Below, piece by piece: positions 12,491 to 35,420 of a stretch of 64,000 nt of DNA. The notes below the pieces were generated by a model. The model saw nothing but the letters and a program-made list of their open reading frames with translations. It had not been told where the DNA came from and ran no database searches. Origin of the DNA: Macrostomum lignano (Eukaryota); NCBI GenBank assembly GCA_002269645.1, contig NIVC01002770.1, positions 1 to 64,000 on the forward strand, read 5' to 3'. A program made the translations under genes and the position numbers. Within the stretch, counting starts at the first letter, position 1. Every line of letters starts with the position of its first letter.

Positions 12491-13450
12491 TGAACTTCGT
12501 CGCCCACCCTTCAATGTTCACTCCCTCAACTCTCGCCCATCCCTTATTGTACAACTCCCTCTTCGCTCTCTTACCCACCCTTTTATGTACACTCGCTTCT
12601 GTCTATATATCATCCGATCATCAATGTACATTTGTTCTCGATTTCCTCACCCTCAAAACACACCCATTCCTGACTCCCTCACCCTTCAATGTGCACTTAT
12701 CTCTCGACCTGTTCCCTATCTACACAGTATCAAGCTCATGCCTTTATAAACAAGTCACATGCAGTACTTATTTGTATTTTAGTTAGTCTTATACTTGTCA
12801 TATGCCATAGTTAATAGCATTATTGCCCAGATGTAGCTTGCTAATTTATCGTCTGCCTACTTCAAGTAGGAGTAATTGCACCGAATATAACTTCCTCACA
12901 AAATTGTTTGGTTTTAATTATTAGAAAGCCAAAACGTTAGGTAAAATGAATATCTGTTTATTTTAGTAGAATTAATTATTCCAGATATGCCAGTGACAGT
13001 CGATATACTTTAATTGGTTTCCATGGCAATAAGGCAAGTGAATATAAATAATGTTTAAAAAATATAGTTATGTTCGGCATTGTTAAACCCGTGCATATTG
13101 TACATATGTATGGCATCAGCATGCCTGACCTGCAATGAGGCCGCGCTTGCTTCTTTCTTGTATTTTACTGTTTTGTATCAACTCTTGCAGATGAATGTAA
13201 TTCTATACCGATTACCTGTATGCAACCATAATATTCGTATTTAAATATATAGGATTACTTTTGTTCGCAAATAATTTCGTTGCTTTGGCTTCTGTTTGCT
13301 TCTTAATTGAATCGATTATCGTGTCTTGATTTGTAAATTGTCCCTCGACCATCGACCCCTATTCAATAGAGCTAAATATTTCTTCTGAACAAGACAGTCA
13401 TTATCTGAGGAGTTTTTTATCGACTCCTGAAAAAATCACCAAGGACAAAA

Positions 13451-14200
13451 TCTGAAGAATCGTCAGACACCCTCTGAAGAATCGCCAAATGCACCATCTG
13501 AAGAACCGTCAAAAACACTCTCTGAAGTATCGTCAAAGACACCATCTGAAGAATCGTCAAGGACACCGAGAATCGTCATAGACACCCTCTGAATAATCGT
13601 CAAAAACATCCTCTGAAGAATCGTCAGACACCTTCTGAAGAATCGTCAAAGACACCCTCTGAAGTATCGTCAAAAGCACCCTCTGAAGAATCGCCAAATG
13701 CACCATCTGAAGAACCGTCAAAAACACTCTCTGAAGAATCGTCAAAGACACCCTCTGAAGTATCGTCAAAGGCACCCTCTGAAGAATCATCAAATACACC
13801 CTCTGAAGAATCGTCAGACACCCTCTGAAGAATCGTCAGACACCCTCTGAAGAATCGTCAAAAACATCCTCCAAAGAATCGTCAGACACCCTCTGAAAAA
13901 TCGTCAGACACCCTCGGAAGAATCATCAAAGACACCCTCTGAGACACCCTCTGAAAAATCGTCAGACACCCTCGGAAGAATCATCAAAGACACCCTCTGA
14001 AGAATCGTCAGACACCCTCTGAAGAATCGTCAAAGACACCCTCTGAAGAATCGTCAAAGACACCCTCTGAAGGATCGTCAGACACCCTCTGAAGAATCGT
14101 CAGACACCCTCTGAAGAATCGTCAAAAACATCCTCCAAAGAATCGTCAGACACCCTCTGAAGAATCTTCAAAGACACCCTCTGAAGAATCGTCCAGACAC
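13451..14200. repeat. Minisatellite, 22/24-bp units (CTCTGAAGAATCGTCA(AA)GACACC)
   Basis: Directly visible; mixed unit lengths break every reading frame. Confidence 0.95.
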
Positions 14201-14489
14201 TAAAATCTTCAAAGACCACAGAAAAATCACTGAAAAGCTTCTTGTGAAAGATGGCCGTTAATTGTCGAGGCTGCGAGCTTTACTCTGCCGATTTAACTAA
14301 TGTTGCAAATTTACTTGGCGCAACTCCTCATTGGCTAGGACGCGTCATTCAATGGCAGACCCAATCGTGGTTAACCGTGCCATCTGAGTCCATCGCTTAC
14401 TTAACAGTGCCACTATAGAGGGGTAGGAAAATATTCTAAAAAAGCAGTGAGAATCTCCTTTATCGATATTAAAAAGTACAAGCTTTAGT

Positions 14490-24666
<10,177 letters not shown>

Positions 24667-24813
24667 TCACGCCGGCTGCTGTACTCAAAACTGTAGCATT
24701 CTTTACTTTTGCTTATTTGAAACAGCAATTATTTTATCTATTACGAGTACAATAAGGTTGTCTTTGACTTTTGAATCGCGCGTAAAGGAGCCCTCGGAAC
24801 ATTTGCGTGTAAA

Positions 24814-25061
24814 CTACTTTCAGTTCAGTAGAAAGATAAAAACTAAAGCGTTTTAAAGTATTTTTTAGGACAAGACTTCTCACCGACCGGTTTTATTGGC
24901 CTTCTTCGGTGTTCCAGCCTAACGCTGCCTGCTGTGTACATTTCACTTGCGCGGACTAATGTACATTGCGGGCAAGATCGAGTTTTGTTTACACTTACAA
25001 CTGCCTTTATTTTCATAAAAATGGCTTAAACATTCTTTCCTACTACTGAACTGAAAGGTAG
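24814..25061. mobile_element. Small TIR element (MITE); partial second copy at ~50085-50256
   Basis: Ends CTACTTTCAGTTCAGTAG / CTACTGAACTGAAAGGTAG. Shares ctaatgtacatt...ctgcctttattt...ctactgaactgaaag with the 50.1-kb region. TSD not evident. Confidence 0.6.
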
Positions 25062-25138
25062 AGAAACTGTTAAAACTAATTGAAAATATCTGTCTATCTG
25101 GTGGTTTTCTTAAGTGTCCTAATGTATGTCCGTTTGTG

Positions 25139-25192
<54 letters not shown>

Positions 25193-25404
25193 CTTCACTT
25201 GCTGATCATGGCTTCCAGACTCTCATGGGTCATGGAGTAATGAAAATCAAAGCTGGGCAATTATATTTTTAAAAGTAAAAAATGAGCTATTAATTGTCGT
25301 CATTGTCATCAGCTGATTGTCACAGATTTGCTACTTGGTGAGGACATAAAATGTATGTGTGCTTATATTTGAATTTTTTGTACAACATGCCGTATTTTTG
25401 CATT

Positions 25405-25586
25405 GGGCCGTATGCAGAAAGCTCTGTCTAGGGTAGTCCGGTCTTGAAAAGCTAGTCTGGACTTGGATTTGGTATGCAGAAACACAAAGTTAGACCGGTC
25501 TACTAGGGTAGCTAGACCATAGACTATAGACTGAACTACCCAAGTCCGGACTAGCTAGTCTGGACTAGGCTTTCTGCATACGGCCC
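25405..25586. mobile_element. PIF/Harbinger-type MITE
   Basis: 18-bp perfect TIR GGGCCGTATGCAGAAAGC; 3-bp TSD ATT at 25402-25404 and 25587-25589. Confidence 0.8.
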
Positions 25587-25639
25587 ATTAAGTGTCCACC
25601 CTGAGACTGACCCTCACTTTTGGGCCATAGACTATAGGA

Positions 25640-25742
25640 TTCACGCACACCAGGGCCAACCCCCAAGGCACAGAGAGCGTACATACCGGATGATTGGGAA
25701 GTCAAGGGCCGCTGTACACCCTGTGTGAGCGCGTGCTCAGGG
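25640..25742 (+). mobile_element. SINE family 2 fragment
   Basis: gggccaacccccaaggcacagagag...gggccgctgtacaccctgtgtgagcgcgtg matches the 28446 copy. Confidence 0.65.
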
Positions 25743-26379
25743 GTCTTCAGTCCATAATTACACTCCCAGTCTCGTCAAAAAACTTTCCGAAACAAATTCC
25801 CCTTAATGTGTTTCCTACAGTCGTCTTTGTCAATTTTATTTCTAGTCTTTGTTTAATTGAGCTGTAGTTCACTACTGACGTTGAAACTGTCATTTTAGCT
25901 AATATTAAATACAATGATCAAAAAATTGTCGCATAGATATTCTTGTGAACTTTTACCTTTCAAAAGTAAGTTCATAGAAATTAACAATTTTTTACTAATA
26001 CTTTTTGTCAGTTTTTGTACTTTTAAAAAGTCCGTCTGTTGAGACACAAGAAATTCCTTTCGCAATTTTCATTGTCTTTAAAGATTCTGTCTGTTCCCAG
26101 GATTTCAGATTTCCGAATTTGGAATTACACAGCACTGAGATCTACCTGCTCCGGGATTCCCTCTGTTTTGAGATTCCCCTATTTTGTGGTTAATCTTTGT
26201 CCTGCCGTGAAGTTGCCAAAAATCTTAAGGCCTATTTCAACTTGCAAGCAGCCAATTTAATGATGGCATGAGCAGGGGCTGATAGAATTACGAAATAGGG
26301 TCACGTGATGACAATTAACTACGTGCATAGAAGCTTAGGAGTATGGCCAGTCAGAGCAAACAGATCGGGAGAGAATGGT

Positions 26380-27897
26380 GTGCACGCAGTCTCCCGAATC
26401 GTTGGTCGGTCGGCGCCTTCGGGACGTCCAGCTCCGGACGGCCTTCTTCGTCCACTCCGACCCGGCCGCGGTCAGCAGTGGCCGAAGCTGGTCCCTGTGC
26501 GCCAGGACGGGCCGGTCCGACTCGGTCAGGGTGACGACCGCCGTGTTGTGCCCGGCCTGCACGAAGAGCTCGGCAAGTTCTGACTGTGCGCGGCTTGATA
26601 AACAACCAGGGCGTCCGTCTCGAAGGTCAGCGTCAACGGGCTTCTCAGCTGCCGAACCACCAGCGCCGAGACGCTGCCTCGGCCTCGGCCGTCACTATGT
26701 GGAGTCGCTCAGTAGTTCAGCAGGAACTTGGCCAGGTACGCATCGAACGGTATTGATGAGCTGAAAACGTCTTGAGTCGTCGCATTTGACAGTTTTGACA
26801 GCCGTTGGACTGCGGGTGGTACGGCGGCGTGAAGAGCTGATTGCAGCCGATCCGCTCCAGCCAGCCTTGAAGCTCCTGATCGTGAAACTCGGGTGCACTG
26901 TCGGACACCAGAGTGTGCGGCACGCCTTGTCTTGCGAAGATGGCCCGTAGAACTCGAATCACCGTCCTCGCGCTCCTGTCTGCCACGTGCACAGCTTCCG
27001 GCCAGCCAGAGAAAGCGTCAACCAGCACCAGGATCAGGCCGACTCCCGACCATGCCGGGACCATCCATGTGCACCCGCTTCCAATGCGTCTCCTCGGTAG
27101 GCAGTGGTCAAATCCTCGTACATGTACAGGTTGCGCACTGCTTCACAAACCACTCGACATCATCATGCTTCGCGACTGAGTCGATTTTGAGTCGCCAGCA
27201 CTCCGCTGTGAGTCAACTGATAACGGGCAGCCTTGAATGGGCGCTCCGCAGTCTCGGTCTAGTGGATGAAGCCGTCATCGTCGCTCTCGAATGGCATCCG
27301 GGACATGGCGTCCACGTGCGGGATGCTGTTGCCCTTGACGTAGGCGATGTCGAAGTCGAACGCGGATAGCTGAATGGCCCACCGCATGATCCGAGTCGAA
27401 GTCACCTTGGGCAGCTCTGGGTCCGAACAGAATATGAATTCCAGTGGCTGGAGCAGGAATTTCTTGCCCAACAGGAAGTGTTTAGCTCGCTGAGTTGCCC
27501 AGACAACCAACCACCAGAGCCTCCCGCTCGATGTTCGAATAGTTGCGCTCGGCGTGAGGTGTGAGACGCCTTGATAGTTACAACACCGGGTGGCCGTCTT
27601 GGCTGAGGATGCCCGATACTGCGGACTCGCTGGCATCTGTCGTAGGGGTGGTCAGCTTCCTGGGATCGAATATGCGGATCACCGGGTACACACTGCCAAG
27701 GCCCGCTTGAAGCCCCACACAAAGCTGGACTTCTGACTCCGCATTGCGTGTCAAAGGCTCAATCTTCTCCGAATAGGCCTGGATGTAGCGCGCATAATAG
27801 TTGGTGAGCCCCAGGAATGACTCCAGCTCCTTCCTCGTCGTGGGCGGCTTGACCTTCCGGACTTTCTTCATCAGCTCCTTGTCTGGACCGAACCGAT
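26380..27897 (-). mobile_element. Gypsy/Ty3 LTR-retrotransposon pol remnant (RT end, RNase H, integrase); frameshifted, no LTRs found
   Basis: KPPTTRKELESFLGLTNYYARYI; TDASESAVSGIL; RIMRWAIQLSAFDFDIAYVKG..IPHVDAMSR; LILVLVDAFSGWPEA...VPHTLVSD..PEF...TPPYHPQSNG; C-terminal AHRDQLRP. RT-RH-IN order. Confidence 0.9.
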
Positions 27898-28445
27898 CTG
27901 GTTGTTGGTGTTTGTCAAGTCGACTGTGGCAAAGTGGGTCATCCCGGCCGGGTGGACTTTATGTTGGGCAGCAGTGGGTGGGAGCCGGCGCAGGTTTTGG
28001 GGCAGAAGCAGACAATGCGCTGCAAACAAAATAAAAGCAAGGCTTGCTGTTGCTGTTGCAGAAGCCACGCCCTGACCTCCCGGAAGTGATTACCAAAGCT
28101 TGTATTTGTCTCTCTATGCAGAATGAAATGCCAGTCAAAAGATTTATAATTATTTTTAAACCTTTTTGCCGGTCCCTCAGACAGATTAGCTTTTTGGCTT
28201 ATAACCAATCCTCATTAATTAATTCAGCGCTCAGGAAATTACAGAGAAGCTGATGATGAGAGTTCTTATGCTAATGAACCCTGAGAACTCCAGGACTGCT
28301 ATAAACATCGATTTAGTTTAAGCACCAACTGGAAATTTGCGTGTGATTCCAACGACCCCGGGGACACGTACTACTCGCACTGACTAGAAAAAAGGGACTA
28401 GGCTACGACACGGCAGGCAAGAGTATGTCTATGGCCGAAACCTCG

Positions 28446-28760
28446 GGGCAGAGCACCTCAGCGGTAAACATGTCAGTCTCTCTCGCCACGACCCCTGATT
28501 CGATTCATTTGGGACTCGAAAGCTATTCGGGGGGGGGGTTGTCGTGCGATTCACAGCCATGAGGACCAACCCCCTCAAGGCACAGAGAGTGTACATGTCT
28601 GACGATGAGAAAGTCAGGGCCGCTGTACACCCTGTGTGAGCGCGTGTGTGAGTGCGTGTCTGTGTACAGTATTGACGCGCTTGCATGTACTCAGGAGTCA
28701 GCGGAACTGGCAGAATTTCCGGCTGTGGGACGATGTCGCCGAAGGCTGCCCGAAGCCCTT
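28446..28760 (+). mobile_element. SINE family 2, longest copy
   Basis: Decayed tRNA-like head (gcacctcagcggt...gattcgattc) followed by the family body; immediately followed by a family-1 SINE. Confidence 0.65.
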
Positions 28761-28779
28761 AGTATGCCCTCATAGGGAG

Positions 28780-28965
28780 AGGGCTGTAGCCCAGTGGTTA
28801 GAGCGTCGGACTCACGACTTGAAGGTCCGGGGCTCGATACCCGATCCCACTGGAACATTTTGTGTCCTTGAGCGAGATACTTAACTCTGCATTGCTTCAG
28901 TTCACCCAGCTGTAAAATGGGTGCCAGCATTAGCTGGGGTAATTGAGGGTGTGTGGCGACCCCCC
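28780..28965 (+). mobile_element. SINE family 1, copy 3
   Basis: Head, CORE-like body and ggggtaattgagggtgtgtggcgacc match the other copies. Confidence 0.85.
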
Positions 28966-29673
28966 ATATTAGTGTAGGCGTAATCAATTATTATTATATA
29001 AATTATTTATATTCACGTTGATTGAACGGAAAGATTATTAATTGAAGCTGAACCCCAATTAAACGCTTGTTACTGTGTCTGAGTTTTTGGTATTTTAATA
29101 AAAACGAAGACCAAAATACTTCCTACTTCTGTAAATTCGATCACGTGGGAAGAAAACCAAGGCAGAAACTCGGACTCTCGGATTGGTAATGCATTAATAT
29201 TCCTTCAGACGGCAATGAGAGTTCCTACCATTGTATTACTGTAGCATCCAGTATTGAACTGGGGAGGGCGACGACTCTCTGTGGAACAAAGATGGCCGTG
29301 ATCCCCTATTGATTGAGGCAACTAAGCCCAACCATACCTACAGAGTGCAGGCCCATATCCATTGAATTAACAACCAGGGCAGATCCCGGTGCGGAGACCA
29401 TACGATTGCAGCTCACTAGGACAATTTGGCGACGCCAAGTCAAAGACGACCCGGGACTACGGGACGTTATGCATATGGGAAATTGATAAAAGAGGCTTCT
29501 GCGATTCAGTGCGGCTCTCCTTTATTCCAGCATTTCATTGTTATCATGGTACAGGTAATGCTACGTGATTTTATGAATAGGAGAATACAGGGCGAGGACA
29601 GCTCTGGTTTTCTCTGCTAAAAAAGTTTTTCAGCTTTTTAAGCAATATTTTGATTACACCTGCTCCAATACGC

Positions 29674-29919
29674 AACCGACAGCTCAGCCGCAGCTATTGC
29701 GCGGCGCATCTGAAGGCTGCGTACGGCTGTTCAGTCCAAGGACTGGGGGGGGGGGTCGCCACACACCCGTAATTACCCCAGCTAATGCTGATTACCCATT
29801 TTACAGTTGGGTGAACTGAAGCAATGCAAAGTTAAGTGTCTTGCTCAAAGACACAAATTGTTCCAAGTGGGACGAGAATCGAACCCCCGACCTCTAACTA
29901 ACCACTTGGCTGCAACCCC
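29674..29919 (-). mobile_element. SINE family 1, copy 4
   Basis: Reverse complement of the family consensus including the 3' region. Confidence 0.85.
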
Positions 29920-30138
29920 TTTCTACGTCTCCTACTGCGAAGGCTCTTAAGCATTCAGCTTCTAAACCTTGTTTCTACCCTATTTGGCCGCTCCATATAT
30001 ATCTATGGTTCAATGCAACAATTCTCTCTTTGGCCCGGCCAAAGAAACAGCGGTCCGGGCCAGAGAAATCAACTCAACAACAGTATATTTATTATCAGAA
30101 AGTGATGTAATAAAACAACATTAACAATGCAATATTAA

Positions 30139-30609
30139 ATGGTTCATACCATGTACTATCTACTTAAATGGTTCATACTGGAGGTTCGTACAAAGAGTGG
30201 CTCTCGGTACACTGCTTCTACGTTGAAGGGCTTTTTCAGTATGTTGCAGTACTACCTAGTCAACGACTGCAAGAAACCGTTTAGCCTGTGGAAGGATGTG
30301 GAATTCGCTGAGAGTCGACGGGCGTTGGACGCTTCAATGAAGATGAGTACTCGAGAGGGCAGAGGTAGTGGACTGCGTAGAGCTGAGCCTGTTCCTGCCA
30401 GCATAGAAGACAAGCTGTGGCAAAGTGGCATGCTTGGTCGGGATACGCCAAAACAGCTAGTGAGTGCTCTGATCTGGTGCATCGGTAAGCACTTTGCTCT
30501 CCGCGGGGGATCCGAACTGCGTAATCTGGTGTACAACCGCCAAATCCAACTGGAGAAGGTAGACAATGAATTCTGCTTGGTTTATAGAGACAACGCTGGA
30601 ACGATTTAG
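30139..30609 (+). mobile_element. Crypton-type (DUF3504/ZMYM-like) tyrosine-recombinase fragment
   Basis: FILEVRTKSGSRYTASTL...FAESRRALDASMK...EDKLWQSGMLGRDTPKQLVSALIWCIGKHFALRGGSELRNL matches the DUF3504 pattern as I recall it; truncated before the C-terminal catalytic residues. Confidence 0.75.
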
Positions 30610-31237
30610 TAAGTAAGTAAAGAAACGGAAAGAACTTATACATCTAACTTTAGACTTCAGGCGCTTTGTTCTGGGCGAAATCACGTGAGAAAAAACACAA
30701 TAATCTGTCTATGGGCAGGAGGGCTGGAGTGTGCTGATCCCAGTCTTGCTCCATCCATCACGCCATCACAGCTGCGTCAGTTCCCATTGGCAGTTTAATG
30801 CAATTCAATGAAATTCTGAATGCTGCGTGACTGCTTGAATTCCTAATCTATATTTTCAGGGAGTATAGGTTCAGCTGCAGGCGTATCTATGCAGTAATTT
30901 CCCCCAAAATCCCCCCGGCCAATTCCATAGAAAATCCCACCACAGAATGGAGAATTCCTAAATGCAGCTGAGACCTATAGCTAGGCCCAAGAGAGCCTTA
31001 AAACTCGTTTTAGTTCAAGTTAAAGCCAGCTGCAAAAATCCTCTTTAAACTGTTCGAGGTTATTTCTCATTGTTTTTCTACAGATCAGCAGAATACCATA
31101 ATAGAACTACATTTTTTCCGCGAAGATTTCTAATCTCTTAGCTGAGAGGCTTTGATAATCCTGTTCATGTATTGCTGACAGAAATGCCATTAATTCCTGA
31201 CCTTTTTTTACCCCCCGTTGCACCTGATGCTTCAGAC

Positions 31238-33320
31238 AGCTACCCACTGATGTTAGCTACCCACTGATGTTAGCTACCCATTCATGTTAGCTACCCACTG
31301 ATGTTAGCTACCCACTGATGTTAGCTACCCACTGATGTTAGCTACCCACTCATGTTAGCTACCCACTGATGTTAGCTACCCACTCATGTTAGCTACCCAC
31401 TGATGTTAGCTACCCACTCATGTTAGCTACCCACTGATGTTAGCTACCCACTGACGTTAGCTACCCACTGATGTTAGCTACCCACTGACGTTAGCTACCC
31501 ACTGATGTTAGCTACCCACTCATGCTTCAGTTAGCTACCCACTGATGTTAGCTACCCACTGACGTTAGCTACCCACTGATGTTAGCTACCCACTCATGCT
31601 TCAGTTAGCTACCCACTGATGTTAGCTACCCACTCATGCTTCAGTTAGCTACCCACTGATGTTAGCTACCCACTGACGTTAGCTACCCACTGACGTTAGC
31701 TACCCACTGATGTTAGCTACCCACTCATGCTTCAGTTAGCTACCCACTGATGTTAGCTACCCACTCATGCTTCAGTTAGCTACCCACTGATGTTAGCTAC
31801 CCACTGACGTTAGCTACCCACTGACGTTAGCTACCCACTGATGTTAGCTACCCACTCATGCTTCAGTTAGCTACCCACTGATGTTAGCTACCCACTGACG
31901 TTAGCTACCCACTGATGTTAGCTACCCACTCATGCTTCAGTTAGCTACCCACTGATGTTAGCTACCCACTCATGCTTCAGTTAGCTACCCACTGATGTTA
32001 GCTACCCACTGACGTTAGCTACCCACTGACGTTAGCTACCCACTGATGTTAGCTACCCACTCATGCTTCAGTTAGCTACCCACTGATGTTAGCTACCCAC
32101 TGACGTTAGCTACCCACTGATGTTAGCTACCCACTGATGTTAGCTACCCACTGACGTTAGCTACCCACTGACGTTAGCTACCCACTCATGCTTCAGTTAG
32201 CTACCCACTGATGTTAGCTACCCACTCATGCTTCAGTTAGCTACCCACTGATGTTAGCTACCCACTGACGTTAGCTACCCACTGACGTTAGCTACCCACT
32301 GATGTTAGCTACCCACTCATGCTTCAGTTAGCTACCCACTGATGTTAGCTACCCACTGACGTTAGCTACCCACTGATGTTAGCTACCCACTGATGTTAGC
32401 TACCCACTGATGTTAGCTACCCACTGACGTTAGCTACCCACTCATGCTTCAGTTAGCTACCCACTGATGTTAGCTACCCACTGACGTTAGCTACCCACTG
32501 ATGTTAGCTACCCACTGATGTTAGCTACCCACTGACGTTAGCTACCCACTGATGTTAGCTACCCACTGACGTTAGCTACCCACTGATGTTAGCTACCCAC
32601 TCATGCTTCAGTTAGCTACCCACTGATGTTAGCTACCCACTGACGTTAGCTACCCACTGACGTTAGCTACCCACTGATGTTAGCTACCCACTCATGTTAG
32701 CTACCCACTGACGTTAGCTACCCACTGACGTTAGCTACCCACTGATGTTAGCTACCCACTGACGTTAGCTACCCACTGATGTTAGCTACCCACTCATGCT
32801 TCAGTTAGCTACCCACTGATGTTAGCTACCCACTGATGTTAGCTACCCACTGATGTTAGCTACCCACTGATGTTAGCTACCCACTGACGTTAGCTACCCA
32901 CTGATGTTAGCTACCCACTCATGCTTCAGTTAGCTACCCACTGATGTTAGCTACCCACTGACGTTAGCTACCCACTGATGTTAGCTACCCACTGATGTTA
33001 GCTACCCACTCATGTTAGCTACCCACTGACGTTAGCTACCCACTGACGTTAGCTACCCACTGATGTTAGCTACCCACTGATGTTAGCTACCCACTGATGT
33101 TAGCTACCCACTGACGTTAGCTACCCACTGACGTTAGCTACCCACTGATGTTAGCTACCCACTCATGCTTCAGTTATCTACCCACTCATGCTTCAGTTAG
33201 CTACCCACTCATGCTTCAGTTATCTACCCACTCATGCTTCAGTTAGCTACCCACTCATGCTTCAGTTATCTACCCATTCATGCTTCAGTTAGCTACCCAC
33301 TCATGCTTCAGTTAGCTACC
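31238..33320. repeat. 2.1-kb minisatellite, 17-bp core GTTAGCTACCCACTGA(T/C) with a 23-bp variant GTTAGCTACCCACTCATGCTTCA
   Basis: Directly visible, more than 100 units. Confidence 0.97.
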
Positions 33321-33729
33321 CTTTTGTCAGTTTTTGTGAGTTATGCTTCACTCTGCCGGGGTAACGTGTTTCCATGTTTTCTGTCCACACGCCATGAATG
33401 CTCCAATGGTCTATTTAAAAGACCAGGTTTCCAAAATAAGAAATGTAAGCAAATACTTTTTTGCTTTCGTCTTGTTTTCCATTAGCCCAGATAGAGCCGC
33501 CTAGCTGTAAGGCTGCTGTCTGAGCTCCGACACACCCGAGGCCTCAATGCAGGCGGATTTCAATGGCAGGCTTTCAGACCTCAGCAGCAGTTTCCGCATG
33601 CCACTGCCGATCCCAATTGTGTTTCAGCTTTATTGGCGCAGGTAAAAACTGCCTGGATTCCTGCTGCAAATCCTTTGTTGCTTAGGAATCAATTGAATTG
33701 CTTTCATTTTAGATTTACGAAGGGACAGG

Positions 33730-34752
33730 GAGACTGAGGGGTGAGTGAGAGACTGAGGGGTGAGAGAGAGACTGAGGGGTGAGAGAGAGACTGAGGGTGA
33801 GAGAGAGACTGAGGGGTGAGAGAGAGACTGAGGGGTGAGAGACACTGAGGGTGAGAGAGACTGAGGGTGAGAGAGACTGAGGGTGAGAGAGAGACTGAGG
33901 GTGAGAGAGAGACTGAGGGGTAAGAGAGAGAGAGACCGAGGGTGAGAGAGACTGAGGGTGAGAGAGAGACTGAGGGGCGAGAGAGAGACTGAGGGGTGAG
34001 AGAGACTGAGGGGTGAGAGAGAGACTGAGGGTGAGAGAGACTGAGGGTGAGAGAGACTGAGGGTGAGAGAGACTGAGGGTGAGAGAGACTGAGGGTGAGA
34101 GAGACTGAGGGTGAGAGAGACTGAGGGTGAGAGAGACTGAGGGTGAGAGAGAGACTGAGGGTGAGAGAGAGACTGAGGGGTAAGAGAGAGAGAGACCGAG
34201 GGTGAGAGAGACTGAGGGTGAGAGAGACTGAGGGTGAGAGAGACTGAGGGTGAGAGAGAGACTGAGGGGCGAGAGAGAGACTGAGGGGTGAGAGAGACTG
34301 AGGGGTGAGAGAGAGACTGAGGGTGAGAGAGACTGAGGGTGAGAGAGATTGAGGGTGAGAGAGACTGAGGGTGAGAGAGACTGAGGGTGAGAGAGACTGA
34401 GGGTGAGAGAGAGACTGAGGGGCGAAAGAGAGACTGAGGGGTGAGAGAGAGACTGAGGGTGAGAGAGACTGAGGGTGAGAGAGACTGAGGGTGAGAGAGA
34501 GACTGAGGGGTGAGAGAGAGACTGAGGGGTGAGAGAGAGACTGAGGGTGAGAGAGAGACTGAGGGGCGAGAGAGAGACTGAGGGGTGAGAGAGACCGAGG
34601 GTGAGAGAGACTGAGGGTGAGAGAGACTGAGGGTGAGAGAGACTGAGGGTGAGAGAGACTGAGGGTGAGAGACACTGAGGGTGAGAGAGAGACTGAGGGG
34701 TGAGAGAGAGACTGAGGGGTGAGAGAGAGACTGAGGGGTAAGAGAGAGACTG
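33730..34752. repeat. Purine-rich minisatellite, 16-19-bp units GAGAGAGACTGAGGG(G)T
   Basis: Directly visible. Confidence 0.95.
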
Positions 34753-35169
34753 AGCGGTGAGTGGGTGAAACGAGGGGTGAATAGAAGGAGACTAAATGAA
34801 AGAGATGGAAAGTCCGCAGCCTCGGGACCAGGGCAGCATAGCCAATTAGCATTTTCATTTGCCAGCCCCATCAGGCTGGATTAACTCTCGCTTGAGCAGT
34901 TCAGCTGGAAGGATGCAGCGCTGCTTAGTCGGTATAAGATGAAGTCAGGTCTGTCTTGAATACAGTAGTTTCGCACTCGCAAACAAGTTAATTAGAAGGC
35001 GAAGTGTCTCAACCTTGCGGGTAATGTATTGTATACATAGTGTGCTGTATATGTAAATATATACATTGTATATGCCTCTGATAGCGAAGCTATCAAGGAA
35101 CAAGGCTGGTTTGATTGTATTTCTAAAAATAGAACATGGCAATGACTCATACTTATAAATAGGATTGAG

Positions 35170-35420
35170 GGGGTTTTGCGGGTTTTTGGGTAGCCTTCGG
35201 CGACATGGCCCCACAGCCGGCGCTGACGGCAATTCTGCCCATCCCGCTGACTCCTGAGCACATGCAAGCGCGCCAATACTGTACGCGGGCACACACTCAT
35301 GCACACGCTCACACAGGGTGTACAGCGGCCCTTTAATAGTCAGCCATGTACACTCCCCACTCTCTGTGCCTTGGGGGGTTGGCCCTCATGGGTTGTGAAT
35401 CGGGCGACAACCCCCCGCCA
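35170..35420 (-). mobile_element. SINE family 2 copy (body only)
   Basis: Reverse complement of the 28540-28760 body. Confidence 0.7.

Noticed and set aside
13451-14200. SEESSKTP-like acidic repeat protein
   Set aside because: Mixed 22/23/24-bp units shift the frame repeatedly.
28250-28300. ATGA-stem-AA hairpin (atgagagttcttatgctaatgaaccctgagaactc) resembling a SECIS or C/D box
   Set aside because: The 3' GA of the non-Watson-Crick quartet is missing, there is no upstream selenoprotein ORF, and it is too short for a C/D snoRNA.
26200-28330. LTR pair, PBS or PPT around the Gypsy pol remnant
   Set aside because: No direct repeats or polypurine tract found; the element is truncated at both ends.
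28596-28620. CTGACGA…GAAA hammerhead-like core in SINE family 2
   Set aside because: No stem II between the motifs, and the core is not conserved in the other copies.
29210-29552. Possible plus-strand exon (ttccttcag acceptor … acag|gtaatg donor)
   Set aside because: All three frames contain stops and no motif was recognised.
31238-33320. CRISPR-like regular repeats
   Set aside because: No unique spacers; contiguous tandem units in a eukaryotic context.
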